Source: Hyalangium minutum (GTDB taxonomy: Bacteria > Myxococcota > Myxococcia > Myxococcales > Myxococcaceae). Taken from it: a stretch of 64,000 bases of DNA. The translations under genes and the position numbers were made by a program. The stretch lies in NCBI RefSeq assembly GCF_000737315.1, contig NZ_JMCB01000001.1, positions 248,001 to 312,000 on the forward strand. The letters run 5' to 3'. The notes beneath the pieces were generated by a model, which was given only the letters and a program-made list of their open reading frames with translations, had not been told where the DNA came from and did not search any database. This document shows positions 38,646 to 48,857 of the stretch, one piece after another; position 1 is the first letter of the stretch; each line of letters opens with the position of its first letter.

Positions 38646-41600
38646 ATGAAACATCCCTCTCATTATCCGCTCTCGTTCGAGCAGGAACGCATGTGGTTCC
38701 TGTCCAAGCTTCACGGTGCCGCTCCGGCCTTCCATGAACGTGCGGGGGCCTGGCTCCAGGGGCCGCTCGACGTATCCTTGTTAAAACAAACAATCGCGGA
38801 AATCACGCGGCGGCATGAGATCCTCCGTACAAGCCTTGTCGAGGTGGGTGAGCAGCCCTCACAGCGAATTGCTCTCGAATGCGACATCCCCTGGCGAGAA
38901 GAAGACGCAAGGACGGCCAGAGAAGAGGGAGCACAAGGGCTCGAGGAGAAGGCACTGACCCTCGCTCGCGAGGAAGTGTCACGCCCGTTGGATCTGGAGC
39001 ACGGCCCTCTCTGGCGGGTCTGCCTGGTGCGGCTGAATCACACACGGCACCTGCTCGTGGTGACAATGCATCACCTCATCTCGGATGGAGACTGGACCCT
39101 GGGCCTGTTCTTCTCCGAGCTCTTCTCCCTGTACACGGCACGCCGTGAGGGTCAATCAGCGGACGTTCCTGCAATCCATCGGCAATACAGGGATCATGCG
39201 CTCTGGCAGCGCGAGCAACTGAGCAAGCAGACAACCGCTCGGCAGCTTGCCTGGTGGCAAGAACAGCTCCAAGGGCTGCCCCCGGCCCTGGACCTGCCGG
39301 TGGATCGGCCTCGCCCCTCCATCCAATCCTTTGCAGGAGGAACAGCGGAACGGCTTGTCTCTCCAGAGCTTACACAGGCCGCGCGAGCCCTGGCGGAGAG
39401 GGAGGGTGTCACGCTCTTCGCGGTGCTGCTCTCGGGCCTGCAGGCCGTGCTCTACCGCTACACCCACCAGGAGGATGTCCCCGTGGGGACGCCCCTGGCT
39501 GGGCGGCACTCTCCAGACGTGAAACATCTCCTGGGCTATTTTGGCAATCCTGTCGTACTGCGTGGGCGGGTAGGAGATGACCCCTCTTTCCGTCAGTTCG
39601 TCCTCCGGACTCAGCAAGACTTCACCCAAGCGCAGGCCCATGGAGATCTGTCTTTCAAGGATCTCGTTGAGGCGCTGTCACCCGCGAGAGACCTGAGCCG
39701 GCCTCCGCTCTTCCAGGTGCTCTTTGCCCTGAGAGACCCATGGCCCTCCACCCTCACGAGCCCGGCCCTCACCCTCACTCCCGTCGATATCGAGCTGCCA
39801 TTCGTCGCCTATGAGCTCATGTCGTCCGCCCGAGACCTGGGGACCGGCCTGAGCCTGAAGCTCGAATACAACCGCGAGCTGTTCCTGCCCGAGTCCGCCG
39901 CACAGCTCCTGGGGCACTGGGAGGCGTTGCTGCGCGGAGCCCTCGCGGCGCCGGAACAGCGGCTGTCCGAGATCCCGCTGCTGTCCGCCGAGCAAACGCA
40001 CCAGCTCTTGTATGGGTGGAACCAGACGCAGGCGGATTATCCGAAGGATGTCTCCATCCATGAGGCGTTCCAAGCCCAGGTCCGCTGCACTCCAGAGGCC
40101 GTGGCTTTGGTGTTTGGCGACCGAAAGCTCACGTACCGGGAGCTGGACCGACGAGCCCATCGGCTCGCCTGCGCTCTCCGCCAGCGGGGAGTGAAGGCCG
40201 AGAACCGGGTGGCCCTCTTCACCCAGCGCTCGCCCGAGACGATCATCGCCATGCTCGCCATTCTGGAGGCAGGGGGGGCCTATGTGCCTCTCGACCCAGA
40301 GCTTCCCGCCGAGCGCCTGGCCTGGATGATCGAGGATGCCCAGGCCAAGGTGGTGGTGGCAGTGGGCTCGTCCCCGCTCCCTCTTCCTGTCGAGGGCCTC
40401 GAGCTCCTCCGCGTCGACACAGTGGGAGAGCCTCCCGCCGACGAAGAGCTGCCCCCACTGCCGAGCGGGGTCCGTAGCAGCCACCTCGCGTACGTGCTCT
40501 ACACCTCGGGCTCGACGGGCACTCCGAAAGGTGTCGCCATTACCCACCGCTCCGTCGTCCAGCTTGCCTTCCACGCCGACCTGAGCCCCGACGACCACGT
40601 CCTGCAGAGCACGACCTACTCCTTCGACGTGTCTGTGTATGAGATTTGGGGCGCGCTCCTCAATGGCGCCCGCGTCGTCATGGGTGCGAGAGATCTCACC
40701 CTGTCTGCCCGGGCACTCCAGGAGGAGCTGCGGCGTCAGGCCATTACCGTGTGCTGCCTGACCCCTGCGGTGTTCAACAACCTGGTCCGGGAGACACCGT
40801 CTCTCTTCCGGCCCGTCCGGGCTGTGATCATCGCGGGCGAGGCCCTGGATCCCCACTGGGTCCGAGTGGCGATCGAGGAGGGGCACGCGCAGCTCTTCAA
40901 CGGGTACGGTCCCACCGAGGCCACGGTCTTCACCCACCTCCACCCCATCACCGAGGTGCCGGAGGGTGCCACCTCCATCCCGATCGGACGGCCCCTGCCG
41001 AATGTGCAGGCCTACGTGCTCGATCGGCACCTGCAGCCCGTTCCTCGTGGCGTGCCGGGAGAGCTCTATCTCGGCGGAGAAGGTCTGGCCCGAGGGTACT
41101 GGCGTCAGCCTGAGCTCACGGTGGAGCGATTCATCCCCCACCCCTTCTCTCGAGAGCCCGGGGCACGGCTCTACAAGACCGGGGACCTCGTCCGATATCT
41201 CCCAGGAGGGCTCCTCGACTTCCTGGGGCGCATCGATCATCAGGTCAAGGTTCGCGGCTTCCGCATCGAGCTGGGAGAGATCGAAGCCGTGCTCGACGAT
41301 CACCCGGCGGTGAGGCAGGCCGTCGTCGCGGCACGAGTCCTCGGCTCGAATGACAAGCAGCTCGTGGCCTACGTCGTCCCGCAGACGAGCCCGCCCCCCT
41401 CCATCACGGAGCTGCGCGAGTATCTGGCGCGGAAGCTGCCGTCCTACATGGTGCCGGCCTTCTTCGTCATGCTGGAGGCCCTGCCTTTGAACCCCAATGG
41501 CAAGGTGGACCGCCGGGCCCTGCCCGTCCCCGATGGGACACGCCCCGAGTTGGCGCAGGAGTTCGTCGCCCCTCGCACCGCCACGGAGCAGGCGCTGGCG

Positions 41601-44600
41601 GCCATCTGGCGGGAGTGCCTCTCCCTGGACCGTGTCGGGCTCGAGGATGACTTCTTCGCGCTGGGAGGACACTCGCTGCGCGCCCTGCAAGTGATGGCGC
41701 GCATCCGCCAGCACTTCCAGGTGGAGATTCCCCTCCGCGCCTTCTTCTCCCATCCCACGCTGGCCGGGCTGGCGGGCCTGCTGAGCCAAGCTCGAAGCAA
41801 GGAGCAGATCGCTGCATCGATCCCCTCCGCCCCCCGGGGCGCCGTCGTGCCCCTCTCGTTCGCCCAGGAGCGGCTCTGGTTCCTTCACCAGCTTGCCCCG
41901 GAGAGCGCCGCATACAACTACCCGGCGTTCTTCCGGGTGCGCGGGCCGCTCGACGCCGCCGTCCTGGAGAAGAGCCTCCAGGCGCTCGTCTCCCGTCACG
42001 AGTCCCTGCGAACCCGCTTCTCCGAGGTCGATGGGCAGCCCGTGCAAGTGATTGCGGCGCACCTGCCGCTGCACCTCGAGCGTGTCGACCTGCGGGAGCT
42101 GCCGCGCGAAGAGCAGCAGCGGGAAGTTCATCGGCGCGCGGAGGCCAGCGCGAGACAGCCCTTCGATCTCCACCGGGCCCCCCTCCTGCGAGCGAGCCTG
42201 CTGACGCTGGGTGATGACGAGCACGTGCTGCTGCTCAACCTCCACCACTCGGTCACGGACGGCTGGTCCATGGACGTGCTCTACAGCGAGCTCGAAGCCC
42301 TCTACGGCGCATGGGCCAGGGGTCAGCCTCCCGCCCTGCCGGCTCTCGCGCTGCAGTATGCCGACCATGCAGTCTGGCAAAGGCAGTGGGCCGAGACGCC
42401 AGCGATGGAGGAGCAGCTCACGTGGTGGAAGCAGCAGCTCGCAGGGGCCCCTCCGGTTCTGGAGCTGCCTACGGATCGGCCTCGGCCTCCTGTCCAGGAC
42501 TTCCGCGGCGCGCTCGTGCCCTTCCGGATCGGCAAGGAGACCACCGCGGCGCTGCGGGCCCTGGCAACCCAGGAGCGAGTCACCCCCACGATGGTGTTGC
42601 TCGCCGCGTTCCAGGCGCTGCTCCACCGCTACACCGGCCAGGAGGAGTTCCTCGTCGGCATGCCTCACGCCAGCCGGGAGCGGCCGGAGACGGAAGGGGT
42701 GGTGGGCTTCTTCGTGAACACCCTGCCCATTCGGGCCGATCTCTCAGGAGCGCCGTCCTTCCGGACACTGCTGGCGCGCGTCCGAGAGACGAGCCTGGGC
42801 GCTCTCGAGCACGCGGAGGTCCCCTTCGAGCAGCTGGTGAAGGCGCTGCGGCCCGAGCGAGATCTCAGCACGCTCCCGCTGGTCCAGGTGATGTTCGCGC
42901 CTCAGGTCTCTCAGCTGGGGCGGCTGAAGCTGCCCGGGCTGGACATGGAGCCGCTCGCGCTGGATCCCGGCCGCGCTACCTTCGACCTCACCCTGCTGTC
43001 CTGGGAGGATCACGACGCGCTGGCGGGCCAGTGGGAGTACTCCACGGCCCTCTTCGACCCGAGCACCCTCGAGCGCATGGCGGGGCACCTGTGCAGGCTC
43101 CTGGAGGGAGCTGTCCGGCAGCCGGATGCGCGACTCTCGGGACTGCCGATGCTGGGTGAAGAAGAGCGGCAGCGCCTGCTGGTGCAGTGGAATGACACCG
43201 CCGCCGTCTACCCCCGCGACTCCACGATTCCTGAAGCCTTCGCCGAGCAGGTCCTCCGCGCTCCGGAGGCCGTAGCCGTGCAGTTCGGCTCGCGGCAGCT
43301 CACCTACCGGCAGCTGGACCTGCGCGCCAACCAGCTCGCGTGGCGGTTGCGCCGCATGGGCGTGGGCCCGGACTCGCGCGTGGCGATCGCCATGGAGCGC
43401 TCCCTGGAGCTCGTCGTCGCCCTGGTGGGCATCCTCAAGGCGGGCGGCGCCTATGTCCCTCTCGACACCGACTACCCTCGCGAGCGACTGGCCCTCATGC
43501 TCGAGGCCGCTCAGCCCGACGCCCTCGTCACCACCAAGGCCCTGTTGCCGAAGCTCCCCGCGCAGGGGCTGCGTCACCTGCTCCTGGACGAGGCCCGGCT
43601 GGAAGAGGAGCCAGCCTCCGCCCCGGACTCGGGAGTGACGGCTCGAAACCTCGCGTACATCGACTTCACCTCCGGCTCCACCGGCCGGCCCAAGGGGGTC
43701 TGCATCGAGCACCGCTCGGTGCTGCGGCTGGTCAAGAACATCCGCTACGCCGAGCTGGGACCGGGCGAGACGCTCCTGCTGGCCTCGCCTCTCTCCTTTG
43801 ACGCCTCCACCTTCGAGCTCTGGGGCAGCCTGCTCACTGGTGCCCGCCTCGCCGTCTTCCCGCCCCACCCGCCCGCGGATCCGCTGGAGCTGACCGAGGT
43901 GATCGCTCGCCATGGCGTCACCTGCCTCTGGCTGTCATCCGGCCTCTTCAACCAGGTGGTGGACGTGGCCGCACAGCGGCTGGCGGGCGTGCGCCGCATC
44001 CTCGTCGGCGGGGATGTGCTGTCCGCGCCCCACGTTCGCCGCATGGTGGACCTGGGAGTGGCCGTGACGAACGGCTACGGCCCCACGGAGTGCACCACCT
44101 TCGCGGTGACCTACTCCATGGAGCCACACTCCCGCGTGGAGGATCCGGTGCCGCTGGGACGGCCCATCTCCAACACCACCGTCTATGTCCTGGATGGGCA
44201 CCTGCAGCCAGTGCCGATCGGCGTGGCGGGCGAGCTTTACCTCGGCGGGGATGGACTGGCGCGCGGCTACGTGGGCCAGCCCGAGCTCACCGCGGAGCGC
44301 TTCGTGCCGGACCCGTTCGGCCTCGAGCCCGAGGGCCGCCTCTACAAGACCGGAGATCGGGTCCGCTGGCGGGGCGATGGCACGCTCGAGTTCCTCGGCC
44401 GCCTGGACACCCAGGTGAAGGTGAGAGGCCACCGGATCGAGCTGGCAGAGGTGGAGGCCGCCCTGCTCGCCTTCCCCTCCGTGTCCAAGACGGTGGCGGT
44501 GGCACGCGAAGACGCCCCCGGTCAAAAGCGCCTGGTGGGCTACGTCGTCGCCCCGCCGGAGCTGGACATGGCCGCGCTGCGCGCCCACCTCGCGGAGCGC

Positions 44601-47600
44601 CTGCCCCGGTACATGCAGCCCTCGGCGCTCGTGCGGATCGAGGAGCTCCCCCTCACACTCACCGGAAAGATCGATCGCCGGGCGCTGCCCGCCCCCAGCA
44701 CGTCCCGGCCCGGAGCCGAGCAGGGCTTCGTGGCGCCGCGCTCGGAGCTCGAGCAGGCGCTGGGCGCCATCTGGCAAGAGGTGTTGGGCCTGGAGCGCGT
44801 GGGCGTCGATGATCCGTTCTTCGAGCTCGGCGGCCACTCGCTGCTGCTGGCCCAGGTCCGGGCCCGGATCCGCGAGCGGCTGGAGCGAGACGTCGGGATG
44901 GTGACGCTCTTCCAGTACCCCACGATCCGCCAGCTGGCCGCCCACCTGAGTCCCGGCGAGAGCCCGGCGCAGAGGGTCTCGGCCCCTCAGGAGGAAACGA
45001 GCTCCGTGCTCGCGCGCCAGGATCACGCCATCGCCATCATCGGCATGGCCGGCCGCTTCCCGGGGGCCCGGAGCCCACGAGAGCTGTGGGAGCTGTTGAG
45101 GGAGGGCCGCGAAGGGCTGAGCCGCTTCACCCCAGAGGAGCTCCAGGCCTCTGGTCTGCCGCCAGAGCTGCTGCGCGACCCCTCTTTCGTTCCGGCCCTG
45201 GGCATGGTCGAGGAGGCCGCTCACTTCGACGCGGCCTTCTTCGGGTACTCGCCGCAGGAGGCGCAGCTCACCGATCCTCAGCAGCGCCTCTTCCTCGAGT
45301 GTGCCTGGGAGGCCCTGGAGGACAGCGGCTACGATCCCCACCGCTACCCGAGCGGCATTGGCGTGTTCGGCGGCGCGGGGGTACCCCGCTACTGGTTGCA
45401 GCGGGTGGCCTCACTGGGCTCTCCGCGAGGGAGCTCGGGCGACTATCGGGCGATCGTCGGCAATGGCAACGACTTCCTTGCGACGCGCGTGGCGTACAAG
45501 CTGGGCCTGCGAGGCCCCGCGCTGAGCTTGCAGACGGCCTGCTCGACCTCGCTCGTGGCCATCCACCTGGCCTGCCAGAGCCTCCTGTCCGGCCAGTGCG
45601 ACATGGCCCTCGCCGGGGGCGTGTCCCTGTTCTCCATGGACCCCTCCGGCTATCCCTACGAGGAGGGTGGGATCCTCTCTCCCGATGGCTATTGCCGGCC
45701 CTTCGATGCGCAGGCCCGAGGGACCGTTCCCGGCAGCGGAGTGGCCGTGGTGGTGCTCAAGCGGCTGGAGAAGGCACTCGCGGATGGAGACACCGTGCAT
45801 GCCGTCATCCTCGGCTCGGCCATCAACAACGACGGCGCCCAGAAGATCGGCTACACCGCCCCGAGCGTCGAGGGCCAGATCGAGGCCATCGTCATGGCCC
45901 AGACTGCGGCGGGAGTGAGCCCGGAGACCCTGAGCTATGTCGAGGCTCACGGGACGGCCACCCCGCTGGGAGACCCCATCGAGGTCGCGGCCCTCACCCA
46001 AGCATTCCGCCGAGCCACGGCTGCGAAGCAGTCCTGCGCCCTCGGCTCGCTCAAGAGCAACCTGGGACACCTGGACGCCGCGGCCGGAGTGACCGGCCTG
46101 CTCAAGGTGGCCCTCTCGCTCGAGCATGAGCTCATCCCCGCCACCCTGCACTTCCAACGGCCCAACCCGGAGCTTGCGCTCGAGGACAGCCCCTTCTTCG
46201 TGAATGCCGAGCCGCACCCGTGGCCGCGAGGAGAGTGGCCCCGCCGCGCTGCCGTGAGCGCTTTCGGCATCGGTGGAACCAACGCCCACGCCATCCTGGA
46301 AGAGGCCCCCCCACGCGCGCCGTCCGGCCCGTCGCGCCCCTGGCAACTGCTGCCCCTGTCCGGCCGCACCGCCACGGCGCTCGAGGCGATCACCGACAGG
46401 CTGGGCGAACACCTGCGGCGACAGCCAGAGCTCCCCCTGCCGGATGTGGCGTTCACCCTCCAGCAGGGACGAGGGGCCTTCGAGCACCGCCGAGGGGTGG
46501 TCTGCCAGGAGCGTGACGAAGCAGTCTCCGCGCTGGCTTCACGCGAAAACGCGAAGGTCTTCGACGGAGCCGCCCCGTCGCAGGCGTCCGAGGTGATCTT
46601 CATGTTCCCGGGCGGGGGCACCCAGCACGTGGGAATGGGGCGGGAGCTCTACCAGGGCGAGCCCGTCTACCGGGAGACGCTCGACCGGTGCGCCGGCCTC
46701 TTCGCCCAGGAGCTGGGCCGCGATCTGCGCTCGCTGCTGTTCGCACCGGAGCAGGAGCGCGCCGAGGCCACCTCCCAGCTCCTGCGCCCCTCTCTCAACA
46801 TGGCCTCCATCTTCTCCACCGAGTATGCGCTGGCGCAGCTCCTGCTCTCGTGGGGACTGCGACCCTCGGCGCTGACCGGACACAGCCTGGGAGAGTACGC
46901 AGCCGCCACGCTCGCCGGTGTGCTCTCGCTCGAAGACGCGGTGGCCCTCGTGGCCCTCCGCGGGCGGCTGTGCGACTCGATGCCCGAGTCCGCCATGTTG
47001 AGCGTGCCACTGTCAGAGCAGGCGCTCTCCGCCCGATGGGCTCAAGGGGTCTCTGTGGCGGCGATCAATGGGCCCGCGCATTGCGTGGTCGCGGGCCGCA
47101 GAGAGGCGATCGAGCAGTTGGAGGCACGGCTGCACGCCGGGGGCATCGAGGCCCAGCGTCTGTGGCTGGCGGGAGCCTCGCACTCGCCGCTGGTGGAGCC
47201 CTTCGCGGCCCGGCTGACCGAGCGCGCGGCCTCGATGAAGCTCCAGGCCCCTGTCATCCCCGTCGTCTCCAACCTCACGGGCACCTGGATGACCGACGCG
47301 GACGCGCGCGATCCCTCCTACTGGGCCCGCCACCTGCGAGGAACGGTGCGGTTCGCCGACGGGCTCTCTGCCTTGCTGGCGCGGCCCGCTCCCGTGCTCA
47401 TCGAGGTGGGGCCCGGCAGGGTGCTGGCATCCCTGGCGCGCCTCCATCCGGAAGCAGGAAAGGCCCGCCTGGTGACGAGCACCTTGTCCACCCCCGGCTC
47501 CGGCCGCAGCGACTGGGAAGCCCTGTTGGGCGCAGTGGGGAAGTTCTGGTGCGTAGGAGGCGAGCTCGACTGGGCGGCCTTCTCTCGGGACGAGCGGCGG

Positions 47601-48746
47601 CAGCGCGTGCCCCTGCCCACCTATCCCTTCGAGCGAGCGGAGCACCTCCTCGGGGCCCCCCAGAACGCCCAGCCTGCCTCCGCGCCCATCCTGAAGGCCC
47701 CCCCTGTGGGCCGGGATGCGCTCGAGCAGGGGCTGGCGGAGATCTGGAGGGAAGTGCTCGGCGTCCACTCCATCCAACCGGACGATCACTTCTTCGATGC
47801 CGGCGGCTCCTCGCTCATTGCCTTGCAGCTTCGCACTCGAGTGAGAGCACAGCTCGGCGTCATGCTGCCCGTCCACGCATTGGTCGAGAACCCCCGGTTC
47901 ACGCAGCTGCTGGACGCGGTCCGGAGAGCGAGCACGGCCGCCCCCTCGTCTCCCGAGAGGCCAGCCACGCCGCAGGGACAGCTGCGGGTCTGCCTCCAGG
48001 AGGGAGCTGCCGGGTCGCCCCCGCTCTACCTGGTCCAGCCTATCGGTGGAACGGTCTACACATATATGGGGCTGGCCCGGCAGCTCGGCCCTCAGCAGCC
48101 GGTGTATGCCTTCCGCGCTTCGGGTATCGAGCCTGGGGAGCCCATCCATCCCGACGTGCCCACCATGGCGGCGCACTACATCGCGGAGATGCTGAAGCAT
48201 CAGCCTCGAGGGCCCTTTCAGTTGGGCGGGCACTCCTCCGGAGGTGCCGTCGCCTACGAGATGGCCCGCCAGCTCGTTCAGAGAGGCCTGGAGGTGTCTC
48301 CCGTGCTGCTCGTGGACACCCCACCGCTGCCCCTGAGCCATCTCCAGGTCGGCCAGCCCGAGGATCTGCTGAAGCTGATGGCTCCCTTCCGGGAGCGAGC
48401 TCCCGCAGCCTGGGCGGGCATGGCCAAGGCGGTCGCCAAAGACTCGCCCTTCCGGGAGCTGCTCATGGTGCATGCCCACGCCCTGGCCGCCTACACCCCC
48501 AGACGCAGCCAGCTCCCCCTCCTCTACATCCGTGCCAAGGAGCGAAATGAGGTGCTGGAGCACCACGCTGAGCAATGGTGGATGGACCACACGGACGGTG
48601 CGTTCTCCATGCACACCGTTCCGGGCGATCACTTCACCCTGATGGAGTTCCCCCACATCGAGGCGGTGGCCCGCGTCGTGCGACAGCACCTCATCGGAGG
48701 GGGGGAGCGAACGGACCCTCCCAGCGAAGGCGTGCGAGGCCATTAA
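38646..48746 (+). CDS. Hybrid NRPS-PKS: C-A-T-C-A(Val)-T-KS-AT-ACP-TE
   Basis: C: MHHLISDG, LHHSVTDG. A: YTSGSTGTPKG, DFTSGSTGRPKG, YGPTE, NGKVDR/TGKIDR. T: LGGHSL twice. KS: TACSTS, EAHGT, KSNLGH. AT: GHSLG. ACP: AGGSSL. TE: GGHSSG...GDH. Confidence 0.97.
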   Translation: MKHPSHYPLSFEQERMWFLSKLHGAAPAFHERAGAWLQGPLDVSLLKQTIAEITRRHEILRTSLVEVGEQPSQRIALECDIPWREEDARTAREEGAQGLEEKALTLAREEVSRPLDLEHGPLWRVCLVRLNHTRHLLVVTMHHLISDGDWTLGLFFSELFSLYTARREGQSADVPAIHRQYRDHALWQREQLSKQTTARQLAWWQEQLQGLPPALDLPVDRPRPSIQSFAGGTAERLVSPELTQAARALAEREGVTLFAVLLSGLQAVLYRYTHQEDVPVGTPLAGRHSPDVKHLLGYFGNPVVLRGRVGDDPSFRQFVLRTQQDFTQAQAHGDLSFKDLVEALSPARDLSRPPLFQVLFALRDPWPSTLTSPALTLTPVDIELPFVAYELMSSARDLGTGLSLKLEYNRELFLPESAAQLLGHWEALLRGALAAPEQRLSEIPLLSAEQTHQLLYGWNQTQADYPKDVSIHEAFQAQVRCTPEAVALVFGDRKLTYRELDRRAHRLACALRQRGVKAENRVALFTQRSPETIIAMLAILEAGGAYVPLDPELPAERLAWMIEDAQAKVVVAVGSSPLPLPVEGLELLRVDTVGEPPADEELPPLPSGVRSSHLAYVLYTSGSTGTPKGVAITHRSVVQLAFHADLSPDDHVLQSTTYSFDVSVYEIWGALLNGARVVMGARDLTLSARALQEELRRQAITVCCLTPAVFNNLVRETPSLFRPVRAVIIAGEALDPHWVRVAIEEGHAQLFNGYGPTEATVFTHLHPITEVPEGATSIPIGRPLPNVQAYVLDRHLQPVPRGVPGELYLGGEGLARGYWRQPELTVERFIPHPFSREPGARLYKTGDLVRYLPGGLLDFLGRIDHQVKVRGFRIELGEIEAVLDDHPAVRQAVVAARVLGSNDKQLVAYVVPQTSPPPSITELREYLARKLPSYMVPAFFVMLEALPLNPNGKVDRRALPVPDGTRPELAQEFVAPRTATEQALAAIWRECLSLDRVGLEDDFFALGGHSLRALQVMARIRQHFQVEIPLRAFFSHPTLAGLAGLLSQARSKEQIAASIPSAPRGAVVPLSFAQERLWFLHQLAPESAAYNYPAFFRVRGPLDAAVLEKSLQALVSRHESLRTRFSEVDGQPVQVIAAHLPLHLERVDLRELPREEQQREVHRRAEASARQPFDLHRAPLLRASLLTLGDDEHVLLLNLHHSVTDGWSMDVLYSELEALYGAWARGQPPALPALALQYADHAVWQRQWAETPAMEEQLTWWKQQLAGAPPVLELPTDRPRPPVQDFRGALVPFRIGKETTAALRALATQERVTPTMVLLAAFQALLHRYTGQEEFLVGMPHASRERPETEGVVGFFVNTLPIRADLSGAPSFRTLLARVRETSLGALEHAEVPFEQLVKALRPERDLSTLPLVQVMFAPQVSQLGRLKLPGLDMEPLALDPGRATFDLTLLSWEDHDALAGQWEYSTALFDPSTLERMAGHLCRLLEGAVRQPDARLSGLPMLGEEERQRLLVQWNDTAAVYPRDSTIPEAFAEQVLRAPEAVAVQFGSRQLTYRQLDLRANQLAWRLRRMGVGPDSRVAIAMERSLELVVALVGILKAGGAYVPLDTDYPRERLALMLEAAQPDALVTTKALLPKLPAQGLRHLLLDEARLEEEPASAPDSGVTARNLAYIDFTSGSTGRPKGVCIEHRSVLRLVKNIRYAELGPGETLLLASPLSFDASTFELWGSLLTGARLAVFPPHPPADPLELTEVIARHGVTCLWLSSGLFNQVVDVAAQRLAGVRRILVGGDVLSAPHVRRMVDLGVAVTNGYGPTECTTFAVTYSMEPHSRVEDPVPLGRPISNTTVYVLDGHLQPVPIGVAGELYLGGDGLARGYVGQPELTAERFVPDPFGLEPEGRLYKTGDRVRWRGDGTLEFLGRLDTQVKVRGHRIELAEVEAALLAFPSVSKTVAVAREDAPGQKRLVGYVVAPPELDMAALRAHLAERLPRYMQPSALVRIEELPLTLTGKIDRRALPAPSTSRPGAEQGFVAPRSELEQALGAIWQEVLGLERVGVDDPFFELGGHSLLLAQVRARIRERLERDVGMVTLFQYPTIRQLAAHLSPGESPAQRVSAPQEETSSVLARQDHAIAIIGMAGRFPGARSPRELWELLREGREGLSRFTPEELQASGLPPELLRDPSFVPALGMVEEAAHFDAAFFGYSPQEAQLTDPQQRLFLECAWEALEDSGYDPHRYPSGIGVFGGAGVPRYWLQRVASLGSPRGSSGDYRAIVGNGNDFLATRVAYKLGLRGPALSLQTACSTSLVAIHLACQSLLSGQCDMALAGGVSLFSMDPSGYPYEEGGILSPDGYCRPFDAQARGTVPGSGVAVVVLKRLEKALADGDTVHAVILGSAINNDGAQKIGYTAPSVEGQIEAIVMAQTAAGVSPETLSYVEAHGTATPLGDPIEVAALTQAFRRATAAKQSCALGSLKSNLGHLDAAAGVTGLLKVALSLEHELIPATLHFQRPNPELALEDSPFFVNAEPHPWPRGEWPRRAAVSAFGIGGTNAHAILEEAPPRAPSGPSRPWQLLPLSGRTATALEAITDRLGEHLRRQPELPLPDVAFTLQQGRGAFEHRRGVVCQERDEAVSALASRENAKVFDGAAPSQASEVIFMFPGGGTQHVGMGRELYQGEPVYRETLDRCAGLFAQELGRDLRSLLFAPEQERAEATSQLLRPSLNMASIFSTEYALAQLLLSWGLRPSALTGHSLGEYAAATLAGVLSLEDAVALVALRGRLCDSMPESAMLSVPLSEQALSARWAQGVSVAAINGPAHCVVAGRREAIEQLEARLHAGGIEAQRLWLAGASHSPLVEPFAARLTERAASMKLQAPVIPVVSNLTGTWMTDADARDPSYWARHLRGTVRFADGLSALLARPAPVLIEVGPGRVLASLARLHPEAGKARLVTSTLSTPGSGRSDWEALLGAVGKFWCVGGELDWAAFSRDERRQRVPLPTYPFERAEHLLGAPQNAQPASAPILKAPPVGRDALEQGLAEIWREVLGVHSIQPDDHFFDAGGSSLIALQLRTRVRAQLGVMLPVHALVENPRFTQLLDAVRRASTAAPSSPERPATPQGQLRVCLQEGAAGSPPLYLVQPIGGTVYTYMGLARQLGPQQPVYAFRASGIEPGEPIHPDVPTMAAHYIAEMLKHQPRGPFQLGGHSSGGAVAYEMARQLVQRGLEVSPVLLVDTPPLPLSHLQVGQPEDLLKLMAPFRERAPAAWAGMAKAVAKDSPFRELLMVHAHALAAYTPRRSQLPLLYIRAKERNEVLEHHAEQWWMDHTDGAFSMHTVPGDHFTLMEFPHIEAVARVVRQHLIGGGERTDPPSEGVRGH

Positions 48747-48857
48747 TCTTTCTTGTTAGGAATTGATTGATTCACAAGTCTTTCCTGATCAACTGACCTG
48801 TCGCGTGCCAGTCCAAGAGAAGGCGCGCGGGACCTGGCTGTAATAAGGTGCCCGCGC

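Noticed and set aside
39678-42668. 996-aa and other long minus-strand ORFs within the NRPS-PKS
   Set aside because: Typical high-GC antisense frames opposite a well-supported gene.
38646-48746. Assignment as an epoxyketone (macyranone/eponemycin-type) cluster
   Set aside because: The terminal architecture is compatible, but no acyl-CoA dehydrogenase-like or P450 gene lies in the window; kept only as an analogy.
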